Notes under the pieces: generated by a model
What the model was told of the DNA's origin: nothing
Database searches by the model: none
The model's input: the letters and a program-made list of their open reading frames with translations, nothing else
Shown: positions 30,555 through 41,043 of the stretch, in pieces
Layout of the letters: the number at the start of each line of letters is the position of its first letter
Numbering within the stretch: position 1 is the stretch's first letter
Made by a program: the position numbers and the translations under genes
Source: Thermoproteota archaeon
GTDB taxonomy: Archaea; Thermoproteota; EX4484-205; JAAOZP01
Direction: 5' to 3'
Length of the DNA: 57,565 nucleotides
NCBI GenBank assembly: GCA_049700215.1
Contig: JBNAVT010000010.1
Span: 1-57,565, forward strand

Positions 30555-31847
30555 ATGCAGTCTCCACTCCCCTGGGCTGCCTCCGGCGGGGTAGAGGTTC
30601 ACGCGCCCAGCGGGAGCCAGTGCATATACTGCTTAGGCTCAAGGGCGCTGTGTGGAAGGAGACAGTGCCCCATACTTCTCAGGTACAATAAGCTTCAACC
30701 CGTGGTGAGGCTTAGGCTTGAAGACAGGATGGTGATGAACGGGGCTTCCCCGCCGGGCGTATTCGTGGGGAGAATCGGCTATCCGAAGGTTGGTGTGGGA
30801 CCCCTTGTTCCACCTTTCTTCGGGGACACTAGCGTTATGGATAAGCCTGAGTCATGGTGGAGCATAGACCTAGATACTCTTGTAGAGTATAGGTCTAGCC
30901 TAGTGAGGGGAATCTTCAGGGTTGACGTTCACAACCCGTGGGGGGCTGGGAGGCTTTTCGAGCTCACGCAGGAGATGGCGATGGCAAGCCAGCCGGCTGA
31001 TGCGTCGTTAGAGTTCTCTAAGCCGGTTAAGGCGAGGATAATTCTCGACGAGGATGCTCAGCCCTTCGGCCCATACGGGCTTGTCGAAAAGCTTGAGGCA
31101 GGCAGCATTAAGGTTGACCGGGTTATTGAGAAAGCATATTACGATGAGGATCTGAAGGCTTCTGAAGCAGTCTACTACGCATACTCCGCGGGCGTCCCGG
31201 TTTCATCGATTCAGAAGGCTTTGAGCGCAGCCGTGTTCGGAGTAGGTAAGCGCAGAAGGCTTGTGCCCACGAGGTGGAGCATAACGGCTGTGGACAGTAT
31301 CCTTGCGGAGAGGATGATTGAGAAAATCAGGGAGTATCCTGAGGCTGGGGAACACATGGTTTATGAGTCTCAACACATCGATAACGATTTCATAGTGATG
31401 ATAATTCCCGGAAAATGGTCTTACGAGTTCATAGAGATGTTTCACCCCGGCTCAGTCTGGAACATAAGCGGGGGGGAGGGTGTTGCCATAGGCTCAGACT
31501 ACGAGGATACTGAGGGCAGGACGACCTATGCGAGGATAGGCGGCTGCTACTACGCTGCTAGGCTCGCAGTTGCAGAGCATCTTAAAAGGATTAAGAGGCA
31601 GGCTGCTGTGCTGGTGCTCAGGGAAGCAGGGCCGGGGTACCTACTGCCAGCAGGAGTCTGGCTTGTGAGGGAGAACGTGAGGAAAGCCTTGGCGAGTAAG
31701 CCGGTTTGCTTCGGGACACTTGAAGCAGCACTAACTTATGCTGCTAAAAGGCTCAGAACCCCTTGGAAAATGGTGTTGAGAGAAAGCAGGCTTCTGAGGA
31801 ACATTAGGGAGAGGAGGAGAATCACGGAATACTTAAAAGAAGAATAG
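30555..31847 (+). CDS. nreA: Nre-family archaeal DNA repair protein
   Basis: N-terminal CIYC..CG..CP, SPPGVFVGRIGYPKV, LVPTRWSITAVD, GGCYYAARL, and a PIP-like C-terminus. Confidence 0.9.
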   Translation: MQSPLPWAASGGVEVHAPSGSQCIYCLGSRALCGRRQCPILLRYNKLQPVVRLRLEDRMVMNGASPPGVFVGRIGYPKVGVGPLVPPFFGDTSVMDKPESWWSIDLDTLVEYRSSLVRGIFRVDVHNPWGAGRLFELTQEMAMASQPADASLEFSKPVKARIILDEDAQPFGPYGLVEKLEAGSIKVDRVIEKAYYDEDLKASEAVYYAYSAGVPVSSIQKALSAAVFGVGKRRRLVPTRWSITAVDSILAERMIEKIREYPEAGEHMVYESQHIDNDFIVMIIPGKWSYEFIEMFHPGSVWNISGGEGVAIGSDYEDTEGRTTYARIGGCYYAARLAVAEHLKRIKRQAAVLVLREAGPGYLLPAGVWLVRENVRKALASKPVCFGTLEAALTYAAKRLRTPWKMVLRESRLLRNIRERRRITEYLKEE

Positions 31848-31863
31848 TGGAGAGCGAGTAGTA

Positions 31864-33261
31864 ATGAGCGTGAACAGGCCTCAGAGCAAGCTGAGGGACG
31901 TCTTTCTCTACAACACTCTTACGAAGAAGATTGAGAAACTGGTTCCGACACACCCGGGAGAGGTTAGGATGTATTTCTGCGGCCCAACAGTCTACGATGT
32001 CGCACACATGGGTCATGCCCGGGCGGAAATAGTCTACGACTCTTTCAGAAGGTTCCTAGAATACTTGGGTTACAGGGTTATCTTCGTCAGGAACATTACT
32101 GACGTTGAGGACAAGATAATCAACAGGGCAAGAGAGGAGAACAGGCCTGCTAGCGAAGTTGCCCTCCAATACATGGTTAGATACTTTAAGGATACTTTAA
32201 GGCTTGGGATAAGACACCCCACTTTCAACCCAAGAGTCACTGACCATATTCCAGACATAATAGCTTTCGTGGAAAAGCTGATTGAGAAAGGCTATGCTTA
32301 CGAGTCCGGTGGCGACGTGTATTTCTCGGTGAGAAAGTACCAGGGCTACGGGGAGCTTTCAAGCCAATCTCTTGACAAGATTCTTGCGGGCGCTAGGATT
32401 GAGCCTGGTGAGAACAAGAGGGACCCCTTGGACTTCGCCTTATGGAAAGCAGCTAAGCCGGGCGAGACTTCCTGGGAGAGCCCATGGGGCAGGGGTAGGC
32501 CGGGATGGCACATCGAGTGCAGCGTTATGGCGATGAAGTATCTGGGCGAGACCCTCGACATACACTCAGGCGGGGTGGAGCTCGTATTCCCCCATCATGA
32601 GAACGAGAGGGCTCAGTCTGAAGCCTTAACCGGTAAAAGGTTTGTACAGATATGGATGCACCACGGGCTCCTAAACATTAGGGAGGAGAAAATGTCCAAG
32701 AGCCTCAGGAACTACGTGACGATCGAAGAGGTTTTAAGCAGGTTTGACCCGGATACTCTCAGGTTCTACGTCCTTTCAACCCACTACCGGAGCCCGTTGG
32801 AGTACAGTGAGCAGTCCCTAGAGGCTGCTAAGAAGGGGCTTGACAGGGTGAGGAGAATCCTGGTTAGGCTTGGAGAGGGAGAGGAGGGTGAGAGCAGGGA
32901 GGCCGAAGAGCTTGAGAACAAGGTTTTAAACCATTTATGCGACGATTTCAACACGCCTCGGGCTATCGCAACGCTTATGGATGCTGCCAACATGATTCTG
33001 GAGGATTTAAACAGGAGCAAGGTTTCGAAAAGCCTCCTGAACAGGTTTTCCAGGCTTTGGAGGATGCTTGGTTTCTTCCAAGAGGGTATTGAAAGGGCTA
33101 CTCAGAGAGAAAAGAGGCTTACAGAAATACTGGTTAGGCTGAGGGAGGAGGCTAGGGCTTCCGGGGACTACCGGCTTGCCGACAGGATTCGGGAGGACCT
33201 TAGAAAGATAGGAATACTGGTTGAAGACTCTAAGGAGGGCACGATAACCTATATACTTTAA
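31864..33261 (+). CDS. cysS: Cysteinyl-tRNA synthetase
   Basis: CGPTVYD..HMGH, GRPGWHIECS, FPHHENE and KMSKS. Confidence 0.97.
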   Translation: MSVNRPQSKLRDVFLYNTLTKKIEKLVPTHPGEVRMYFCGPTVYDVAHMGHARAEIVYDSFRRFLEYLGYRVIFVRNITDVEDKIINRAREENRPASEVALQYMVRYFKDTLRLGIRHPTFNPRVTDHIPDIIAFVEKLIEKGYAYESGGDVYFSVRKYQGYGELSSQSLDKILAGARIEPGENKRDPLDFALWKAAKPGETSWESPWGRGRPGWHIECSVMAMKYLGETLDIHSGGVELVFPHHENERAQSEALTGKRFVQIWMHHGLLNIREEKMSKSLRNYVTIEEVLSRFDPDTLRFYVLSTHYRSPLEYSEQSLEAAKKGLDRVRRILVRLGEGEEGESREAEELENKVLNHLCDDFNTPRAIATLMDAANMILEDLNRSKVSKSLLNRFSRLWRMLGFFQEGIERATQREKRLTEILVRLREEARASGDYRLADRIREDLRKIGILVEDSKEGTITYIL

Positions 33262-33477
33262 GAGCTTTTTCGTTTTCCCAGAGGCCTCTACCCTGCGGAG
33301 GAAAGCTTAAAATAAGAGTGGCTAATAAGTTTCCCCGTCTCGAAAACATGGCAAGCGAAGCGTATACGGGTAATCTGCTTTCGGAGACGAGTAGCGCGAG
33401 GAATGCGGAGAAGCGTTTCAGCAAAACCTACAATTCTAAGCCACGGGGAGAAGAATGTTAAGCAACCGTGTTGAGGC

Positions 33478-34254
33478 TTGTTAGGCGTGGGGAACCAGTT
33501 GAACATTTGCATTAATAGTTCGAGCATCGGTCACCTTGCGTCCAGGGAGAAGATGGGCTTTGAACAGGCTTTGACTAAATGCTTCGAGAAGGGCGTTAAA
33601 AACCTGGAGCTCGACGAGCCGGATTCAGGCGGCAGGGAACGGGTGCTGCAGCTCTTCAACGAGATAAGGAATAACGGGGGGAGTGTTGTAGTCCTAAACC
33701 TCGGGCTCAATCTGCTGGGCGGGGATGTTAAGAGCAACGAGAAATATTTGAACGACGTTAAAAACTGGATAAAGTTCTGCGGCGAGAATGGCTGCAGGGT
33801 TCTGAGGCTGAAGGCCACGCCGGTCAGCGGGAAAACATACTGTGAAAACGATTTCAAAATCCTCTACAGGAACCTTCTGAACATCCTTTCTTCAGCCGAG
33901 AAGAACAATGTTGAGATCAGCATAAGCACAGATAAGACTGCGTACTCGAACATGGATAGGCTGGCAGCCATGATTGAAGACATAGGGTCTGAGGCGATAG
34001 GGATAACTCTCGACTCAGAGAGCCTCAGCAGACTTGACGAGAAGATGCTGGAGAAACTGGTTCCGCTGGTGAACCATGTGACGGTAAGCGAAGCCTGTCT
34101 GAAAAGCCCTGAGAAAAACATCGTGGAGAAAGTGTTTAAAATGTTGAAGACAACGGCTTACAAAGGGTATGTTTCACTCCAGCTCGCAGAGGCCTGCAGC
34201 ATGGAAGAGTTAAACAGCTACATGGATACGATTGTGAGAATGATCATGCTCTAG
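33478..34254 (+). CDS. Sugar-phosphate isomerase/epimerase-like TIM-barrel protein
   Basis: Xylose-isomerase-like pattern (IGITLD, YKGYVSL). The metal ligands look degenerate. Confidence 0.6.
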   Translation: MLGVGNQLNICINSSSIGHLASREKMGFEQALTKCFEKGVKNLELDEPDSGGRERVLQLFNEIRNNGGSVVVLNLGLNLLGGDVKSNEKYLNDVKNWIKFCGENGCRVLRLKATPVSGKTYCENDFKILYRNLLNILSSAEKNNVEISISTDKTAYSNMDRLAAMIEDIGSEAIGITLDSESLSRLDEKMLEKLVPLVNHVTVSEACLKSPEKNIVEKVFKMLKTTAYKGYVSLQLAEACSMEELNSYMDTIVRMIML

Positions 34255-36656
34255 AGTTTTCCGAAGAAAACCCCGTCAACCTCCTCACAGCCTTCCTTAG
34301 GAGCCCCGTGGGATATTTTAACCCTGTGCATCCTTGATAAATCCGGCTCCAGAGGCCTAAGCTTCTCAGGAACATAAACCATGTATCCGATTTCCTCGTT
34401 GAAGGAAACGCCGAGCCTCTTCTTAAACTTCCAGATAGCCGAGTTGACATTCATGAAGAGCGTTGAGACCTCGCTTTCAACAGGCTCCGCGTCCTCCAGA
34501 GTCGGGAAAGACTGGTACATGACGGACTCTCCATATATGTTTCTAAACAAGTAGTCTGTTATGAAGGGTATGATGGGTGAGAGTCCTATTAGACACGTTC
34601 TTAAAACCCTGTGGAGAGTATACCAGGCTGACTCAGCCTCCTCCCTACTGCCCTGCAGGTAGGCCCTTGGCTTAACAGCCTCCAGGTAATGATCCGCGAA
34701 GAAGCTCCAGACATAGTTCCTCATGAGGTTCGACGGGCCGTAGAAGTCTAGAGAATCATAGTCCCTCTTAGCCTCGTCCAGAACCCTTTTAAGCTCGCTC
34801 AACGCAAGCCTGTCTAGGAAACACAGTTCACCCGGTTTCTTATCCACGTATTTGAAGGAGGATATGAACCTTCCTATGTTCCACAGCTTGGTTAGGAAGA
34901 GCCCAGCACCCTTAATCCTTTCCTCAGAGAAACGGTAGTTCGAGCCCAGCTTAGCCTCCGAGGCAGCCCAAAACCTGAAAGCGTCAGCACCATACTTCTT
35001 AATATACTCGTCGGGGAAGACCACGTTCCCCCTAGACTTGTGCATCGCCTCACCCTTCTCATCCAGCCCAAGGCCGCTTATCCTAACCTCCTTAAACGGA
35101 GGAGTCTCCAGAAGCTGAACGGTCCTTAGGATAGAGTAGTAGAGCCATGTCCTTATTATCTCGTAGCCCTGCGGCCTGAGTGAACATATCCAGGATCTTT
35201 TGAAAAGATCCTCGTTCCTCCTGTAGCCCGTTACGAAGAGCTGTGAAATGCTTGAATCCATCCAGGTGTCGAGAACTCTAGCATCCCCCTTGAAGACGGC
35301 CCCGCCGCACCTATCACATTTAGCATCCTCACCGGGAGAATCCTTCCAAGGCCGGTAGTATTTTCCAGGCTTAGGAGCATACGGCTCGCCGCATTTCTCG
35401 CAGTACCATAACGGGACTTCAGTGGCATAGTATCTTCTTCGTGAAATGGGCCAGTCTCCCCTCACGCTGTTTATCCAGTCTACGAGAATCTGCCTCATCG
35501 ACTCAGGGTGGAAAACCATCCTGCTGGAGGCCTCCCTAACCTTGTCGATAAACTCCTCCTGCTTAAGATAAAGCTCGCTCATCTCAACGAACTCTAAGCG
35601 TGTCCGACACCTCCAGCACACAGGTACTCTCTGCAAAATATCCTCAGCTTTAACGAGCAGACCCCTTCTGGAAAGCTCCTCCACGATCCTCCTTCTCGCC
35701 TCCTCAACACTCAACCCCTTAAGGAAGCCGGCTTCCTCCGTTAGAGTAGCGTTCTCATCCATCACCCTAGTCGGCTTTAAGCCCAGCTCCCGGAACAGCC
35801 TTATGTCAGAAGTATCACCGTAGCTGCATATCATGACTAGACCCGTGCCGAACTCCGGCTTAGCATAGCTGTCTGCAATAACCTTAACCTCCTTACCGTA
35901 GATCGGAACTATCAGCGTCCTTCCCTCGAGCCCAGCATACCGCTTGTCCGCCGGGTTGAATATTACGGCGTCACAGCCTGCAAGAAGCTCAGGCCTAGTC
36001 GTGGCTATTTGAACGCTTTCACAAGTCTCCTTAACCTTGAAAAGAATGTAGAAAAGTTTAGACGTGGTTTCAACATACTCCACCTCAGCGTCCGCTATGG
36101 CTGTGCCGCACCTTGGACACCAGTTTGTAGGCCTTTTAGACTCATATATCAGGCCGCGTCTCCAAAGCTCTATGAAAGTCTCCTGCGTCAGGCTCCGGTA
36201 CTCTGGGGAATCAGTCCTATACATGTTTTCGAAGTCACAGCTTAGCCCAAGCCTCCTAGCCTGGTTTATAACCTCGGCCTCAACCCTGTCAAGAGCCTGC
36301 TTGCAAAGATTTATGAAATACTCTCTGTCAACATCCTTCACCCTAATGTTGTACTGCCTTTCAACTATTACTTCCACGGGCAGGCCGTTTCTATCCCAGC
36401 CAATCGGGAAATGCACGTTGTAGCCTAGGAGCCTCTTATACCTGGCGACCATGTCTATCCCAGTGTAGTGAGCAGCACTGCCCACGTGCCACTTGGCGGA
36501 GATGTAGGGTGGGGGAGTGTCTATCGTGTATATCTCGCCGGGTCTATCCGGGTCAAACCTGTACAGGCCCTCCTTCTCCCAGAGCTTTATAAGCTCCTCC
36601 TCGAGCTCCGGAGACCATCTTTTCTCCCTTATCTTAGGCTCTGTTTTTATGCTCAT
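34251..36656 (-). CDS. valS: Valyl-tRNA synthetase
   Basis: IDTPPPY, WHVG, NWCPRCGTAIADAEV, ATTRPE, DWPISRRR, DTWMDSS and AMHKS. Confidence 0.95.
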   Translation of the reverse strand: MSIKTEPKIREKRWSPELEEELIKLWEKEGLYRFDPDRPGEIYTIDTPPPYISAKWHVGSAAHYTGIDMVARYKRLLGYNVHFPIGWDRNGLPVEVIVERQYNIRVKDVDREYFINLCKQALDRVEAEVINQARRLGLSCDFENMYRTDSPEYRSLTQETFIELWRRGLIYESKRPTNWCPRCGTAIADAEVEYVETTSKLFYILFKVKETCESVQIATTRPELLAGCDAVIFNPADKRYAGLEGRTLIVPIYGKEVKVIADSYAKPEFGTGLVMICSYGDTSDIRLFRELGLKPTRVMDENATLTEEAGFLKGLSVEEARRRIVEELSRRGLLVKAEDILQRVPVCWRCRTRLEFVEMSELYLKQEEFIDKVREASSRMVFHPESMRQILVDWINSVRGDWPISRRRYYATEVPLWYCEKCGEPYAPKPGKYYRPWKDSPGEDAKCDRCGGAVFKGDARVLDTWMDSSISQLFVTGYRRNEDLFKRSWICSLRPQGYEIIRTWLYYSILRTVQLLETPPFKEVRISGLGLDEKGEAMHKSRGNVVFPDEYIKKYGADAFRFWAASEAKLGSNYRFSEERIKGAGLFLTKLWNIGRFISSFKYVDKKPGELCFLDRLALSELKRVLDEAKRDYDSLDFYGPSNLMRNYVWSFFADHYLEAVKPRAYLQGSREEAESAWYTLHRVLRTCLIGLSPIIPFITDYLFRNIYGESVMYQSFPTLEDAEPVESEVSTLFMNVNSAIWKFKKRLGVSFNEEIGYMVYVPEKLRPLEPDLSRMHRVKISHGAPKEGCEEVDGVFFGKL

Positions 36657-36809
36657 TTATCTGGCCTAAGAAATATTTTCAGTGTTTAAATGTTTTTACG
36701 TCCGTGTGGCCTGACATGCTTAAACGTATTGGTTTAACAAACCCTTTTAGTACACTGGAAGTCTAAATTAGGAGCGGCAAGGCAGCGCTATTTAGGCAAT
36801 AGTCCGCTT

Positions 36810-37303
36810 CTAAAGGATTCTTGCGATTTCTTCAAAACCCTTTCTAGAAGGCCTATTCAATTCTGCCAACCTCTGTCTGCTTGAAAGATTGGCAACAGCT
36901 TTCTCAGAATGCTTTCCCACTATGATTAAAGTGATTATAACTGCCTCCTTTGGAATCCCTAAGGCATTCCTAACCTTCTCAGGCTCGTATCCTGCAATCG
37001 GATGCGCGACCAGACTAAGTTCAGTCGCCCTTAGAACGAGAAGTGCGACAGCCATCCCTGTATCGAAAAGATAGTATTCACGCTCATTTAAAACACAATC
37101 ATAATTCTTCTCAGAGTAGACAGCCACGATTAAAGATGACTCTTTAGCCCAACTGTTTCCAGTCGACAACGCTCCACACAATTCTTCAAGCTTTTCACGA
37201 CTCTTTACAAACACAAACCTCCACGGCTGATTGTTATAACAGGAAGGTGCTAGGGAAGCATGGTAAGCCAAAGTGCGCGCTCTATAGCTTCATGAACGTC
37301 CAT
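36810..37303 (-). pseudogene. Nitroreductase with an internal deletion/frameshift at a GC tract
   Basis: ATG 37303 gives MDVHEAIE-R, then AGCGCGCACT, then out-of-frame LAYHASLAPSCYNNQPWRF. The conserved RR..R FMN-binding segment is missing. Confidence 0.8.
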
Positions 37304-37401
37304 GGTTAACCCACTGTCAAGCCCTTTTCATATTTTAGTCTTTCCGCAACCTCTACCATTTTTCGGGAAATGCTTAAAAATACTGTGAACTTAGTTGACA
37401 C

Positions 37402-38727
37402 ATGTCAACCACTATTCACAATCGAGAAGAGGCGGCTAAAGCGGTCAGGAAAATTCTGGAGAGACTGCATCACGGCGAAGACATGGAGGAGATTAGAAGA
37501 AGGTTTGGAAACATTCTTTCACAGGTTTCTCCCTCAGAAATACCTTTAATAGAACAACAACTTGTAAAAGAAGGAACCCCGATAGAAGAGATACTGAAAC
37601 TATGCGACCTACATGTAGCGCTTTTCAGAGAACATCTTCAACAAAGGGAGCTTAGGGAAGTTCCTAAAGGCCATCCTTTAGACATCCTAATTAAGGAAAA
37701 TGACTGGATACTTAAGCAGGCGGAAGCAATCGGACTATACGCTTCAACACTGCTTAAAGAAGAGGGTGAAAACTATAAAGAGGTTTTCGTCAGGCTCAAG
37801 GCTGCAGTCTCGGAGCTACTTAAGATTGGTCTTCACTATCGAAAAATACAGATGCTCTTATTCCCATATTTAGAAAGACGCGGGATCTCAGCCGTCCCAA
37901 GGGTTTTATGGGGCAGGGAGGATCAGGTCAGGGTCAAGCTTAGACAGTTGCTCGAGCTAATTCGAAAGATGGATAAAGCTTTCAACCGCACCATGATTAA
38001 CGAAACGGTGGAAAAAGCTGTTGAAGTAGCAACGGAGGCTTCGGAACTCGTTTTCAGGGAGAACAAGATTCTCTTCCCAGCAGCTTATGCCCTCCTCAGC
38101 GAAGGAGAATGGGCCGCTATAGCACAGATTTCCAAGAAACTGGGCTATATAGTTAGTGTTGAAGAAGAGTGGATAACCGAAGCGACACCAGTATTACCCT
38201 ATGAGATAGAGGCAACGGTTACCAGCGGGCAGCTTGATAGGCTTCCTTCAGAGTTTAGATCAATGCTTATTCTCCACGATATTGAGCCCGATGCTTACAA
38301 GGTTGTACGTGAAGACGATATGGATTTAAGCACAGGCTTTCTGAACGCCAAGGAGATTAAGAGCGTCCTTAAATCTTTACCGCTTGAAATAACCTTTGCC
38401 GATGAGAATAACAGGGTAAAGTTTTTCACTGAAAGCGTTTTCCGTAAGGGTTTCGTCAGGACGAGAACAATAATCGGAAGAAGAATCGAATACTGCCATC
38501 CTCCTAGGCTTGAAAGCATCGTTAGAAAGAATGTTGACGAGGTCAAGAAGGGAGAAGCAGAGTATAAAGAGTTCTGGACTAGAAGTGGAGACAGGATAAT
38601 AAGGGTGCTGGTGGTGCCGGTTGAGAACGAGAATAAAGAATATCTCGGTACTCTCGAGATAGTTGAGGATCTGACAGAAGTCTTAAACAATACCGAGGAA
38701 GTAAAGAAGAAGATAATAGTGCTCTGA
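37402..38727 (+). CDS. DUF438/hemerythrin/PAS-domain protein
   Basis: IEQQLV..LCDLH, GHPLD..ENDW, FRENKILFP, and PAS-like ITFADENNRV..CHPP. Confidence 0.85.
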   Translation: MSTTIHNREEAAKAVRKILERLHHGEDMEEIRRRFGNILSQVSPSEIPLIEQQLVKEGTPIEEILKLCDLHVALFREHLQQRELREVPKGHPLDILIKENDWILKQAEAIGLYASTLLKEEGENYKEVFVRLKAAVSELLKIGLHYRKIQMLLFPYLERRGISAVPRVLWGREDQVRVKLRQLLELIRKMDKAFNRTMINETVEKAVEVATEASELVFRENKILFPAAYALLSEGEWAAIAQISKKLGYIVSVEEEWITEATPVLPYEIEATVTSGQLDRLPSEFRSMLILHDIEPDAYKVVREDDMDLSTGFLNAKEIKSVLKSLPLEITFADENNRVKFFTESVFRKGFVRTRTIIGRRIEYCHPPRLESIVRKNVDEVKKGEAEYKEFWTRSGDRIIRVLVVPVENENKEYLGTLEIVEDLTEVLNNTEEVKKKIIVL

Positions 38728-38729
38728 AA

Positions 38730-39119
38730 ATGGAGGACGCCTTTGAATTAGCGTATAGATACGTTGTCCCATCCGTCAGACGCACTCTTGCAACTAAACT
38801 CGTCAAGAAAGGCATGCTAAGGAAGGAGGCTGCAGAAATTCTAGAACTATCTCGATCAGCGGTCTCCAGATACTTGAACTCTGAAAGGGGAATGCTCATT
38901 AAAACAAATGAGTTTAAAGATGTGATGAATCTAGTTGAGAAATTGGCCGACAGAATCATCCGGGAAAAACCAAGCGACTATATTGTTCAAGAAGAAACCG
39001 CAAAGATAGTAGCTTACTTCATGTCAAGAAAATATTTCTGTAAGACACATAAAAAGATGAACCCGGGGATAGATATCGCAAAATGCAGGATCTGCGAAAG
39101 GGTTTTTAACGCGTGGTGA
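38730..39119 (+). CDS. HTH transcriptional regulator with a C-terminal Cys/His cluster
   Basis: VVPSVRR..EAAEILELSRSAVSRY..FCKTH..CRIC. Confidence 0.8.
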   Translation: MEDAFELAYRYVVPSVRRTLATKLVKKGMLRKEAAEILELSRSAVSRYLNSERGMLIKTNEFKDVMNLVEKLADRIIREKPSDYIVQEETAKIVAYFMSRKYFCKTHKKMNPGIDIAKCRICERVFNAW

Positions 39120-39199
39120 AGACAGGCATCTTGGGAGCGAGACACTTTTCGGAAAATACTTAAAAGACGTGATCTTAAATCATCAATGGGTGATTAACT

Positions 39200-39757
39200 A
39201 TGAGTATAAAAACCGCTACGAGGGACCTTCTGTTGAATGCTTTCGCAGGAGAATCAATGGCCCATATGAGATATCTCGTGTTCGCCGACATCGCTGAAAA
39301 AGAGAATTTCCCAAATGTTTCAAGGCTCTTTAAGGCAATAGCATTCGCAGAATTTGTCCATGCAAGAAATCACTACGACAAGTTGAAAAAATACGAGGAT
39401 GATTTTAAAACGGCCTCCGGTACTCCAGCGGGCCCAGGGGATACTTCTAAGAATCTTAAGCTAGGGATAATGGGCGAGGAGTATGAGGTTAACGAGATGT
39501 ATCCGACCTATATTGAGGTGGCTAGGTTTCAGGGCGAGAAGGCTGCAGAGTTAAGCTTCAAATGGGCTTACGAGGCGGAGAAGATACATGCACAACTATA
39601 CAGAGAGGCCAAGATCCATGTTGATCAGAAGAGAGACTGGCCTCTTAAGGGTAGAGTCTGGATATGTCCAGTGTGTGGACACACGTATGTGGGCGGAGAG
39701 CCTCCGGAGAAATGCCCAATTTGCAATGCGGCGAGAGAAAAGTATGTTGGATTCTAG
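39200..39757 (+). CDS. Rubrerythrin
   Basis: AFAGESMA, EFVHARNH, EKIH, and rubredoxin CPVCGH..CPIC. Confidence 0.94.
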   Translation: MSIKTATRDLLLNAFAGESMAHMRYLVFADIAEKENFPNVSRLFKAIAFAEFVHARNHYDKLKKYEDDFKTASGTPAGPGDTSKNLKLGIMGEEYEVNEMYPTYIEVARFQGEKAAELSFKWAYEAEKIHAQLYREAKIHVDQKRDWPLKGRVWICPVCGHTYVGGEPPEKCPICNAAREKYVGF

Positions 39758-39884
39758 AAAAATCTCAATTAAAGCTGTTCCTCTGCACAATTCGTTCCTA
39801 GCAAAATATTTCAAGCGAAAGGATGATGATTAACGAATCTTTTCAATAGAAAAGTTTTTACATTGTTTTTACATTAATAGTCTA

Positions 39885-40625
39885 ATGGTTGAAATACTGT
39901 TGAACGCGTTCCTAGGTGGACTCGCATGCTTAGCTGCAACTGGCTTAGGCGCAATGATAGCTTTCTCAAAAACTACGATGACCGGAAAGAAGCTTGATTT
40001 TTTCTTCGGCTTCTCGATCGGAATAATGATGGCAGCCTCGTTCTTCAGCCTTCTTCAACCAGCAGTAGAGACAGGAGGTGTACTTACATCCAGCATCGGC
40101 TTTCTAGCAGGATCCCTACTTATGTATGGTTCTGACATTTTCATACCGCATGAGCATCCTTTGGAAACAGGCTGGGAGAGCGAGAAGCCCGGGAGGCTTA
40201 CAAAGATAATAGCTGCAGTAACCCTACATAATCTGCCCGAAGGCTTCTCGATCGGAGTCGTATTCGGATCAGGCAATATTAAAGCTGCTTGGGGTTTAAC
40301 GGTTGGGATAGCTCTTCAAGATTTTCCAGAAGGGGCTTCAGTCTCAATCCCATTCCTTAAACTAGGCAAGAGTAAGGAAAGGGCTGTCTTACTTGGTGTA
40401 TTGTCAGGAGTGGTTGAACCGCTAGGGGCCTTATTAAGTTCTGTTCTTGTACATTCCTTCCAATGGCTTCTCCCATTCTCCCTATCTTTCGGAGCAGGTG
40501 CAATGATATATGTTATAGGCAGCGAGATGATCCCAGAAGCCCATTCAAGCGGGTTTGGAAAAGATACTATGCTTTTCATGGTGTTAGGCTTCATTATAAT
40601 GATGATTCTTGACGCCCTTCTCTAG
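39885..40625 (+). CDS. ZIP (ZupT/GufA) metal transporter
   Basis: TLHNLPEG, IALQDFPEG and EMIPEAH. Confidence 0.92.
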   Translation: MVEILLNAFLGGLACLAATGLGAMIAFSKTTMTGKKLDFFFGFSIGIMMAASFFSLLQPAVETGGVLTSSIGFLAGSLLMYGSDIFIPHEHPLETGWESEKPGRLTKIIAAVTLHNLPEGFSIGVVFGSGNIKAAWGLTVGIALQDFPEGASVSIPFLKLGKSKERAVLLGVLSGVVEPLGALLSSVLVHSFQWLLPFSLSFGAGAMIYVIGSEMIPEAHSSGFGKDTMLFMVLGFIIMMILDALL

Positions 40626-40692
40626 TAGAATCGTAACTACTGCTATTTTTAACGAGAATACAATTATACTTTGATCACCCAATGCTGAAAAC

Positions 40693-41043
40693 TCATCGAA
40701 TTTTAACGAATTCTCTTTTAAAATGACGGAAATAAGCCTCCGCCTCATATTCGCTAACTAAATGTATTTCGAAAGGATGTATAAGTGGCACTCCTGCTTC
40801 ATCCAGAATTCTAGTCTTAATTTTAGATCTTCCGGTTAAAGAATTCGATAGCTTCTTCACAATTATTAAGAGATCGATATCTGAGCCTGCTGACGCTTCA
40901 CCCCTCACTAAGCTTCCAAAAAGATAGATTCCGCATAGATTCTCCCCTACTATTTTTTCTGCAGCCCTACTTATTTTGCCAACCCAGTACTCCCAGTTTC
41001 CGAATATTTTAGCTCTTTCCCAAGCAGTTTCTAACGTCCTCAC
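40693..41043 (-). CDS. MNT nucleotidyltransferase antitoxin
   Basis: LFGSLVRG..GSDIDLLI..PFEIHLV. Confidence 0.88.
   Translation of the reverse strand: MRTLETAWERAKIFGNWEYWVGKISRAAEKIVGENLCGIYLFGSLVRGEASAGSDIDLLIIVKKLSNSLTGRSKIKTRILDEAGVPLIHPFEIHLVSEYEAEAYFRHFKREFVKIR

Noticed and set aside
33262-33477. Long intergenic region as an ncRNA
   Set aside because: No recognisable structure or family signature.
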